NCBI GenBank assembly: GCA_964106645.2
Contig: OZ067042.1
DNA: 64,000 nt
Source of the DNA: Podarcis pityusensis
Taxonomy: Eukaryota
Direction: 5' to 3' (one strand)
Under the pieces are notes generated by a model. That model was given only the letters and a program-made list of their open reading frames with translations, was not told the origin of the DNA and did not search any database. The first letter of the stretch is position 1. Every line of letters starts with the position of its first letter. Below are positions 13,201 to 25,200 of this stretch, one piece after another. Both the position numbers and the translations under genes were made by a program.

Positions 13201-16200
13201 AAACCATGCCGCTTTGTGCATAGCAAAGTTACTTCAGCAGTGTACAACAAGATCTCCGTGTCCCAACTCAAAGATCATAAAAAATCTTTGCAGTTCTCTC
13301 TGTGTAGACTCGCATCTTACTCCTTTAGCATCATGCCCTGCACAACCTCAGAGCAGCCATGAAAATTCAAAAGGTAGGTTATGTGCTATTCTGTGGATGA
13401 GTAACTTGGTAGAAGAGAAACCTACAAAGAGGCTGTCCAAAACAGCTTGGGGCATTTGAATAATCCTTGACAGACTGTCAAAGCAGTTTTTCCAGCTAGC
13501 AATAAAATCAGGATCTTTGCCTGGTACTGTTCATGATGCTTTCTTTGGATTCAGAGTAGGAAAATATTACAGAAACTCCTAAAATGTTTTGTTTAACCTG
13601 GTGGTACCAACTGACCACTGGCTCATTATTCTTGTGTTTGGCACTGTGATGTTTTTAATGAGAGAAATGTTCTAAATGAACAGCAACTTTATTGTATTAC
13701 GCTTGCAGTGCTTCAAGTTTCCTGATAGGAAGGGAAACATTCATTTTCTGAACATACTTCTTTCTTGGGAATGCCATTAGTGTTTGATCCATGGATGAAG
13801 TCCCGGTTAGGGCTTCTAGAAGAAATTGAGGAAGTGGATCTTGGGTTTGAGCCTACCCTAATTTACTGTCACTGTGTAAAGAAGAAATTGCTGTCCTTAT
13901 CTGAACACTCACTCACCCTGGAAGTTTAAAAGTGTTAGAGGAGATCCTATATCCAAGTCCCTCTTCCAGGCAAGGTGGGAGGGAGGAATAACATCTAGGC
14001 ATATCATTTATTTAATTTCTCTCTAGAAATAATGTGCACCTGAATTTCATTGTCCACCCCCACCCCACCCCCATTATGCCACTTCGTTTTAAGGATGTGC
14101 ATTTCAAAACAATGGTTTTAGTGTTCTGTTTTGATCTTGCCCCTTTCTTTAATTCATCTCAAATGTTTATCATAGAACTGAATTTCCAGACTGTATTTCT
14201 AGTCTCTCCTTCATGTCTTTTCCTCTACTCTCCCTTCCCCACTCTCTCAGTCCTCTGGAGAGGAAAACATATGTTCCTGGTTTCCCCTCACTGTTTTTTA
14301 TTAGCATAATTGCGCCCTGGGTGTGAAAAAATGTTTTAATTGCCACCTTTCTTAATTGTAGGATCTAATTCTGAAAGAGATGGGATGCATCATACAGTCA
14401 CCAAGCATAGAGGTATAATCACACTGTACAGGCATCAGAAAGCTGCATTTGCCATCACAAGCAGGCGAGGTCCTACACCAAAGGCCCCCAAAGCCCAAAT
14501 TGGAGATCTACCTACAAGCAGTAGTGGAAATGTAACCACAGAGCTTGACGAAGTGGGTGTGAACTTTTCGTTTTCATTCTTGCGAATGTCGTTGTGTGGT
14601 GCTCCACTCCAGGTGTACATGACCCTGTATAGCAAGAGATGCTAATGTGGTGCCCATGCACCCTCACAGGCCTTTCCTGGCACTTCCAGTGTCCTGTCCC
14701 ACCACTGAAATTAGGCTTGAAAGAAATACCCTGCTGTAGCCAATAGAATATGTGTAGTGAGTGATCAGATGCAGCATGCGTCAACATCAGTTTCTACAGT
14801 TTACAACAAATAGAAAACATAGAGGATTAAAAAGAAAGGACAGAGAAATAATGCTTCTGGCAATGCTTTTCTAGAGTATTTTCTTGGTTTCCTTACTTCT
14901 GTTCACTGGTTAGCACACAAGATGTCCATAAGTTGATTACGCAATGCATTGTAACTCTGAATAGGCTTCATTTTTTGAAAGCACAGTTATCTGAGATAAT
15001 CTGTCTCTGATTAATGATAGTCCATTTGCACACGCAGATATTCAGTAATGAACATACGTGCAAAACTGGCCTTGAAAACCATTTTCGGAATCTCATTTGA
15101 TTTTGGAAATAGTCAACTAGTTGTGAAGATTTAGCAGTTATGCCTGTTCCTTGATCACATGCATTTTCAATCAACAGCCTTTGACATTAATCTGATGCTT
15201 GTTCGTATTGTGTTTGTCTCTTCTGGTTATGGTTCTGTTGAGAGAGAAGTGATTTATATCTTGTAGGCCTATATCAGTGGCAATTTTTGCCTCAAAATTT
15301 TGCTGATCTTATTTTGCTCTCTCTGTGTAAGTGTGATTGCTTTCTGTTTCCAGCTTGATATGTAATCTAGGGCAGTCTAATTTATTCTGGGCAGGCTGTA
15401 TGGTTGAATAAAAACTTTTTTATTTTGCTTCATAACCTTTCTCTTTACCTTATCGAATTCTAGGCTCAGAAGCCTTATGTTGTACAGAGAAGAGGAGCAG
15501 AATTTGCTTTATCCACTATTGCTAAACACTTTGGATGTGAAATGGCCGTGGGTTTGCCACATCTCTGGGACACTATGGTTGGTTCATTAAGGAACAGTAT
15601 TGACATAGACAACTTTGGTATGTGTATTTCTTAAGGTATAGGTATTCTAAAAGTTGAATTCTGAAACTCTTCTGATAATATGATATTGCTTCTTGTAGAC
15701 AGAAAAGTGCTGTTGGAAAAAGGAGATGGTCCAGCCCAGGAATTAGTGAACTCTCTACAGGTTTTTGAAACAACTGCAGCTTCTATGGATGCTCAGCTTC
15801 ACCCTTTGGTAATTTAAATGTTTTGTATTTATTTCTAACACAATTTTAATTGCCAATGTAGGTGTTTGGAAATGGATAACATAAGTGATGCTGTTCAAGA
15901 ATACAATTGGTTGGTGTTTGCATGTTTTCTAAACTAGGAAAAATGCTTATAGCTTGCAGTTATGAAGGATGAAGCAAGTTTAGGATATTTGTGTTTTTTC
16001 AAAGTGAGACCCCAAGTAGTTACAGTCCTCTTCCTAAGTCCCTTGCTGCTGTTCTATTCCAAATAATGGCAGCTCAACAACCACTCTCTGACCTCTTATT
16101 TACACCAGCCATGCATCTCCACAAAGGTCATACCATCAATACCACTGAGGTAATTTTCCACACTCTTATAACAAGATGAGGCAGCATGTTCACTAAATTT

Positions 16201-19200
16201 CCAATTAAAGCAGAACACCCTTTTTGATGCCTTTGATTGGGACGGTTTCTAGTTTTATGTTCCAAAACATATACATCTCCATGTTGATATTGGGCTACTC
16301 TTGTTCCCTCTAGTTCCTTGCAGGAACACCGTTCTGTTCAGTTCAGTTAACTCTTTACATTCATCATTTTGTTAGGAATGATGCAACGTCCTTCATAGTA
16401 AACTTTACTGCGCAGATAATATGATTTCTCTACAAGAGGGGATATGATACATATACTTTGCTTTTTTCTGTTTTTTACTGAAACGGTCTCTTGTAATGAA
16501 CTTCTTAGTTAAGTTATGGTTGTTCCTTCTGGAAATGAGCCCAAAATAATTTAAGCTGCCGAACACCTAATATGTTCCGATTTTCATTCCATCCTGAATA
16601 TAAAACTATACACTAGCATTACACATTTCCCTCTTTGTACAGAAGTTCTAGGAGCCAATTAGCTTAAAGGCACCTAATGCCCTGTGTGTGATTATGATAA
16701 AGTTCTTTTTTGAGTTTATGCAGGTTGCAGTATTTAGCAAAATAGAATACTCACGGTTGGCATTCAGTATGTTTTAAAACAGCTGTGATTTCTCTTTGCA
16801 GTTGATCCAGCACTTGCCTTACCTTTGTATGTGCCTTCAACACCCCACCACTGCAGTGAGGCACATGGCTGCTCGCTGTGTAGGTGTAATGAGCAAAGTG
16901 GCCACCCTGGAAACCATGCACATTTTCTTGGAAAAGATTCTTCCTTGGCTGGGAGCAATTGATGACAGTACCAAGCAAGAGGGTGCAATTGAAGCTCTTG
17001 CCTGTATCCTTTCCTGATTCTAAGGAAGAGGTATTCACGTATGACTTTTAAGTGCTGAAATGCTCTCCAGATGTATGTTTTGTTGGGAAGATTTAGTAAG
17101 TTTTGTGAAGCCTGGGGAGTTTCTTCAAAAGGGCAAGTGCTTCTGCAAGATTGAACTGGAGCAGAAATATTTGCTTCTTACTAGCATGGTATATATGATC
17201 ACCCGATTCCAGGCTTGGTAGAAGAAAGATTTTTTTTAAGGAAATGCATAATAATTGTTTGAGCTCTAGTCCAAAGCCTGGAATTCTGTATATTGACACT
17301 GGATACTCCTGTATAGAGAAAGTGTCCCAGAAACCATTCTGCAACCCACTAACTTTGACAGTAATGACCAGAGACTGTTTCTACCTTGACCCAGGTACAT
17401 GACTTCCAGTTGCTCATATTCTCAAGCTTTCAGTTCCACAAAGTCATGAGAGTATCTTGCTTCAGTAGTTGAGAAGATCATGTACCTACGCTCATAGTTG
17501 CCCAGCCTTAATATGATTCCAGTTCCATCTAAAAAATTTTTAACTGCCACAATTTATGCATTTGGTGAAGGCTGTGCTGAAAGACACCAGAGATCCCTTG
17601 ACCTTCATGAGTTGTGTGGTGTGAGGATAGCTTGAAGTGTTCTTGTGTGCAGGTTGAAAATTGCATGTGGCCCTTTGAATGGGAGCCAGAATTCAAGTAA
17701 TGTACAGTTAACACTATGAGAAGTAGCATCATCAGGAGTCCACACATCTCCTCGCTGTGGTTGCCATGGTGAGTGTACCACTGTGTCCTGAAGAACCTGA
17801 TAATTTCAAGTTGTGTTTTGGGAAGGGGCGGGCGGCGGTAGGAAGAATGGCTCTGATGAGAGGGAAAGCATAACAGCAATTACTGTGCCACATTGATATG
17901 GAAGGAATTCACTCCAGCGGATACTTCATGGCTGCGCCTAATACAGCTTTTATCAGGTCTGCTTTCTTTAGCTTGTGCAGGGCTGCCTGTATCCAATCCC
18001 ATGCTGCATCTATGCAACATCAGTCTTCCTCTGACCATTGAAAAGCAAAAAGTGGGATTCCCTCCCCTGTATATGCCCCAAAGTTCCACCCTGTTTCCTT
18101 TAAAAAAACAATGTTACTTTCCATTAAGATGAATACTGCACAGCATGCTATAGCAATAGAAAATTCTATATTGGAATAGCAATAGAAAATTCTATATGGA
18201 AAATGGAAAGTGTAAGTGATAAGTTTTCAGGGGTCGCAGATATTCATAATTGGACCAGCTGCATCAAAAATACATATTTTCAGGGGGAACAGGGGTTGCA
18301 TTAGGAAGTCAGAGGCAGGAAAGCCCCATTCCACAAGGGTAACACTGCTCTCAGAAATTAAGATCCATGCATTTGTGATTCAGTAATTGCTGTTCAGATG
18401 TATTTTGGGTTTAGATAAGATGGATTTATTGTTGTGGAAATTGCTCCAAAACTGGTAAAGAGAAGCTCCTTAATTATTAATCCAGGTGTAATGGAACAGC
18501 TAGATGTCGGAATTGTTCCCTATATAGTTCTCCTTGTGGTTCCAGTTCTGGGCAGAATGAGCGATCAAACAGACAGTGTGCGTTTCATGGCCACCCAGTG
18601 CTTTGCTACGCTGATTAGATTAATGCCTCTTGAGGTAAGTCAAAGTCTTTCATTTTGACTGAAGAGAGTCAGTGAGCGAGCCCTGTAAAAAAGCGTATTG
18701 GCATATAGTGATAGAAAGGAGCAGTCTTTCGGTATTGCATCTTATTTAGGTAAATAAGTAAGTTTTGGGATTCAGCAAGTATTGCATTTTGTGTCAGAAA
18801 TCTTCTCAACTGAATAAAATTGGAAGTTTTGGAGCTTGGAATATTATATTTTACAAATACTTGGATTGAGCATTCACTTTGAATTTCAAATGCATTCTTT
18901 CATACGATGTTCGATTCATTCTTGATCCTAGCACCTTTCTAGACTTAGTTAAATTTGTCTTTGTGCATTTGCAAACACTGAAACTATCTCTGTTATGACT
19001 GTGAAATTTAACACTGAAAGATCAAGAAACGACTCAGGAATAGCAAGAAACATAACAGCATACAAAGAAGTCAGTGTTGTAGAAAAGATAAATGAGCCCT
19101 TTACATTCTCCTCTCTCCTCCCTCACCTTGAAACTGACAAAGTGGGTGTCTGTGTCACGTAAATCACCGTTAACTCTTTTGATTTTACTGTGTCATAATG

Positions 19201-22200
19201 CCACTTAAAACATTAATTCTCAATGCCTGGTCATAGTTTAATCTGCTTGGGTAAACACTTCTCTGTACAGTTTGTCCTCCTTGTTTGGTTGCAACATAAG
19301 TTCGTCTTTAATGCGTCCTGTACTGATCACTGTGTGGGTTACCTTACACAATAGATCTGTGTATATATACTGTGTATATAGCAGATGGTGCTATATAAAT
19401 AATGGAACCTGCATGTTAGATGACATAGCTGTTGAGGCTTTGAACACCTATATATCTGCAGAGTTCAGGGAATGTTCTGTTTGAACACCTGCACTTCATT
19501 GGGAGTTACCTTTCTCCCAATTCATAGAATCAGAGTCAGAAGGGACCCCCAAGAGTCATCTAGTCCAATCCCCTGCAATGCAGGAATCTCAACTAATTAC
19601 CATATTGGTCCGAATATAAGCCGCACCCGAATATAAGCAGCACCTTTAAAGTTCCAGAGGGGGAAAAGGAAAAAAGGCAATACCCAAATATAAGCCGCTC
19701 CCTTAAAATTCTGCAGGCACTCACACCTGTTCCATTTTACCGTATGTCTGTTTCAGCAGGGATATCCTAAAAGCCAATTTTTGTAAGGTCACGAATTTAA
19801 CTTTTCACGGTCAGAATTTGGAAAAAGTAAGGCTTATATTCAGGCCAATATGGTAATTGTTTTTTCTGCTGATTGCTATTTATCTGCCGATTCCTGAGTA
19901 GATCATGTAATGGAAGCATCACTATTTCTTAATTGTGAACTGAACACACTTCTACAGCATTATTTTCAAGAAAATTACACTGCAAGGCAGTAGTTTGTTT
20001 GAATGTTTAATTCCCATTCTGTGTTAAAAGTCTGAAAGCTGAGTTACTTCAAGTTAATGACACTTTCAAATTGTGTGATTTCATTATGCTTTTTGTAGAA
20101 TATTAGTATTGATAGAGTTGAAACATGAATTAAAATTAACTTTTAGCATATCATGAACTTTATTTCTTATTTTAATTAATTATGCAAAATACTGTACATA
20201 TAAATATATATTTTCTTGTTTCAGGCTGGCATTCCAGACCCACCAAATATGCCTGAGGACTTAATCAAAATAAAAGCCAAAGAGCGCCATTTTCTGGAAC
20301 AATTATTGGATGGGAAAAAACTTGAAAACTATAAAATTCCAGTACCGATTAAAGCAGAACTAAGAAAATATCAGCAGGTGAATTCTTATGGGAAGTTTTT
20401 TTAATTTCAAGACACACATAATTTCCTTATCAAATTTGTCTTGTGGATTGGTTTGAATAGCTTTTATTATTATTTCAATTTGTATTTTGGAACCTGATAT
20501 GAAAATCATATAGTTTCTGGTCTTTTGAACGCTGCTTCCAATCATAATTTTATGAAGACTTGAACATTAAAAAAAAAATATTTTCCAATTAATGCCTACC
20601 TGGAAAAAATGCAAGTACAGTGGTACCTTGGGTTACATATGCTTCAGGTTACAGACACTTCAGGTTACAGACTCCACTAACCCAGAAATAGTACCTCGGG
20701 TTAAGAAATTTGCTTCAGGATGAGACTAGAAATCACACAGCTGCAGTGTGGCAGCAGCAGGAGGCCCCATTAGCTAAAGTGGTGCTTCAGGTTAAGAACA
20801 GTTTCAGGTTAAGAACAGACCTCCGGAATGAATTAAGTTCTTAACCCGAGGTACCACGGTAGAGTTTTCTAGCTTCTACTGATCAAGAATTGCATCTAAT
20901 AAGATTCCTGAGATTAATCATAAAATACATGAGCAGAGTTGGAAATAAATTCCTCTGTGCAAGCACCGTACTAGGTGGCCTTAAGTTTTTTTTGTACTTA
21001 AGACGTTTTAGAAATATTTATCAAATTCTTGGCTCTAGTGCACACTTCTGAGTGCTGGCAGTTTCATGAAGTGGTGTAATGTTAACGTTAAAGTGTCAGA
21101 GGTCTGGCTGGGAGGAGAGGACTGAGCTTTTACTTCTAGCAGAATCTCTAAGAAAAGCATTAATACTCCCCAAAGAGGTGTGGTTACTGGGGAGAAAAAT
21201 GCTTTTTATTCTTCTTCTTTTTGCTAGATGAGTGGTAAGACTTCTTTTTTTTTTTTGCAGCAGAATTTTAATGTATTTCAATTTTGCCTCTTGTTTTCAC
21301 TTTATCAAGCCTACTTGCTGTCTGTTTTTTTGCCTGTGAACGTATTTTAAATGTTAATAATTGTGGAGGCCTTTTTAGGGGGCATAAGAACAGAAGCCTA
21401 AATTATGTTCCTCTTCCTTTCTGTTCACAGGAAGGTGTGAATTGGTTGGCTTTTCTCAACAAATACAAGCTTCATGGAATCCTCTGTGATGATATGGGCT
21501 TGGGTAAAACCTTGCAGTCCATCTGTATTCTTGCAGGAGATCACTGTCTCAGGTAGCATGCGCAATCACGGCTAGTCAGTTTTTACATCAACATATTTGC
21601 AGTACAGAAGATGTAACATTTCTTGTGACTTGGTTTTGTTCTCCAAAGGGCCCAAGAATATGCAAGAACTAAGATGGCCGATAGTGTTCCACTCCCATCC
21701 TTAGTGGTGTGCCCTCCCACACTCACAGGCCATTGGGTGGATGAAGTGGGCAAATTTTGTTCCAAAGAGTATCTAAATCCTTTGCACTATACCGGCCCTC
21801 CCACAGAGAGGGCTAGGTAAGTACTGTAATATAGCTTGGCTCTAAGATTTGCTTTGCAGTGACAGTTCCTTCTGTTGTGATTATGTGAAAAGTACTAAAA
21901 ATAAGTGTACAGGTTTATTTTTTGTTGCTGTCTCTAAAGTTCTACTTTTTATACTTTATCTTCTTAAGGTTGCAGCACCATGTGAAAAGATACAACCTAA
22001 TTGTAGCTTCCTATGATGTTGTGAGAAACGACATTGATTTTTTCAGGTAAATGCTATAGTTCTTCCTGCTATTTTGAAAGATACTGTATGTTTCAAGGCT
22101 ATTTTAAGTTGATTAGTTGTGTTTTCTTTCCTAGAAATATTAAATTTAACTACTGTATTCTTGATGAAGGCCATGTCATCAAAAACGGAAAAACAAAACT

Positions 22201-25200
22201 GTCCAAAGCAATAAAACAGTTGACTGCCAATTATAGGATAATCCTCTCTGGGACACCAATTCAGGTAATCCCCTCTATCTCTTGAAATAAATAAATGCAT
22301 GAGAACTGGCCCAGTTTGCCGTAATTAAAAACAATGATTGTTTATCCTATTTTCAGAACAATGTCTTAGAACTGTGGTCACTGTTTGACTTCCTTATGCC
22401 GGGATTTTTGGGTACTGAGCGCCAGTTTGCAGCTCGCTATAGCAAGCCCATCTTAGCAAGCAGAGATGCCCGGAGCTCTGGTCGAGAACAGGAGGCCGGT
22501 AAGAAGCAAGTTCTGTTGCTTAATGAAGCACTTTTGTTCTTGGGGAAAGTTAATCCTGCTGTGGGTGAGACACCAGAAGAATCCTGTTCTTGTTTAGTGG
22601 CTTTGCTGATCCATATGCTCTTCCTTTGGTGGGCATTTGCAGGTGTTCTTGCAATGGAAGCATTGCACAGGCAAGTACTGCCGTTTTTGTTGAGAAGGAT
22701 GAAAGAAGATGTGCTACAGGATCTTCCACCCAAAATTATTCAAGACTATTACTGCATCCTCAGTCCTCTACAGGCAAGTTCCTTGCGCTGGTTTGCATTC
22801 CACTGATACTAGTAAACAACAAACGAGCCTGTTGTAGGTCTTCTCAGATCCTATACTTGTTCCAAATTGGAATTTTATTATGTTGTGTCCTGCCTGAAAA
22901 ATATTGCTGAGGCTTGCGTCCAAGATAACATTCTCATTGATGAGCAGTTAGTCATAACTTCTTGGGCTCAAAACCCTTATTCTCTGGACTGTTGAAATAG
23001 CTTTTGTCTTGTTCTGTAGTTTATATGTAGTGTATGGTCAATAATAATAATAAATAAAAGGGAATCAACAGTGAGGACAGTTAATGCTGCTCTGGTGTGG
23101 AGCAACAGCTTCTGTCCCTCTGAATATGAATAGTTGAATAGAGTGCCCTTTTCTAAGCATTTTCCTTTGGGCTTATGTTAAGAATAAGATAGTTGTGGTT
23201 GTATATTCCCTTGCAAAGAAGAAATGCAGCAGCTTAATCCTGAAAATGGCAGTGTGTTGAGCATTCAGTAGTTTAAATTGTTGCTGGATTATAGTTTGGG
23301 AAACAACAGTACCTAAGAAATGAAACAGAAACCATGGCTGTCTAACACAGGATGCTTACCTTCTGTCAACTATATTGTTGAAGTTACTGTGGGAGTAGGT
23401 AAATAGGTAAATGACCCCTGGATGGTGAAGTCCAGTCAAAGGCAACTATGGGGTTGTGGCATTCAACTCGCTTCAGGCCAAGGAGCTGGGACTTCCCCAC
23501 AGACAGCTTTCCAGGTCATGTGGCCAGCATGACTAAACAGCTTCTGGCGCAACGGAACACCATGACAAGTGCCAGAGCGCACAGAAACACCATTTACCTT
23601 CCCACCGCAGTGGTACCTATTTATCTCCTTGCACTGGCATGCTTTCAAACTGCTATGTTGGCAGGAGCTGGGACAGAGCAACGGGAGCTCACCCCGTCAC
23701 GCAGATTCGAACCACCAACCTTCCGATCAGCAAGCCCAAGAGGCTCAGTGGTTTAGACAACAGTACCACCCTCTTTAAAAAGATAGCTACTGTTGAACAC
23801 ACCCCTTTGTGAGGTAATTTTGAAGTGAACAATAGTCTATTAAGCATAAATTTCTTCCTTTCTTAATAGGTTCAGCTTTATGAAGATTTTGCCAAGTCTC
23901 GTGCCAAATGTGATGTGGAAGAAACTGTTTCAGCAGTGTCACTGGTTGAGGAAACTGAGAAACCAAAACTTAAAGCCACAGGACATGTGTTTCAGGTTGA
24001 AATTTCATTTTGTTACATCTTCCTTACAAACATTTAATAAAAGTAGTAATTTTTATGTAACTGGTGATTGTTTGATTAAACACTGTAGTTATATTGAACC
24101 AAAGCAGTGAGCTGCCTCTAAATTTCCAAAATAGATTTTAAGCTTAGTGATATATAAATGTAAAATTTATTAAATAATGCGTTATAACTTATAGAGTGTG
24201 GAGTATTCTTAGATTCACAGGAAGCAAAGAAATTGTTTTTTAAAGATACAGGGTAAAGTAATTGCTCCAGGGACAAATTTGTCAATCATAATCTTTTCTG
24301 CCCTCTGCAGCTGATTATGATTAAACAATGAACATTAGTTATTTGTTAGTATGGCATCTACCTCCAATCTTTGGCAAGATTTCGACGAGTAAGAGAAATA
24401 TACTATCTTGTGCCTTATCCGAATATATATTAAGTTGTTATGCATGTTTAATGGCTTCCTTCATGGGGGTTTTTCTTAGGCATTGCAGTATTTAAGGAAA
24501 CTCTGCAACCATCCAGCATTAGTTTTAACTGCTCATCATCCAGAGCACAAGAGGATTACAGAAAAGCTTGCCGTTGAGAATTCTTCCCTTCGAGACATCC
24601 AGCATGCACCTAAACTCTCTGCTTTAAAACAGGTGAGGAAAACCCTGGCTGCATAGCTAGTTTTAGGAAAAGTGTTCTCCTTAAGCCTATTCATTTTTTA
24701 TATGCAACAAAGGGATGGGAAAGAAATTGTCGTATCAATTAGAAAATTCGTAGAATTGTAGTTGGCGGGACCCTGAGGGTCATCTGGTCCAACCCCCTGC
24801 AATGCAGAAATCTCAACTAAATCATACATGACAGACGGCCATCCAACCTCTGCTTCAAGACCCTCAGAGGAAGGAGAATCCACCACTTCTCATGGGAGTT
24901 TGTTCCACTCGCTGTCAGAAAGTTCTTCCTGATGTTTAGTCATTGTTACTTGAAACCATTGCTTCAGGTCCTAGCTTCTGGAGCAGCAGAAAACAAGCTT
25001 GCTCCATGTGACAGCCCTTTAGATAGTTGAAGACGGCTATCATATCTCCTCTCAGTCTACTCTTTGCTAGGCTAGACATACCCAGTTCTCTCAACCCATT
25101 CCTCCTAAGACTTGGTTTCCAGACCCTTGTTCATCTTGGTCGCCCTCCTCTGCACACATTCCTGTCCTCCTTAAATTGTGGTGCCCAGAGCTGGACACAG

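Noticed and set aside
17850-17880. CTGATGA...GAAA hammerhead-like core (also CTGATGA near 30978, 42532, 48712, 60949)
   Set aside because: No stems II/III or cleavage triplet in the right geometry.
18150-18200. 26-bp tandem duplication; also a (TTA)n/(TAA)n inverted tract at ~7525-7560
   Set aside because: Ordinary slippage products with no evidence of function.
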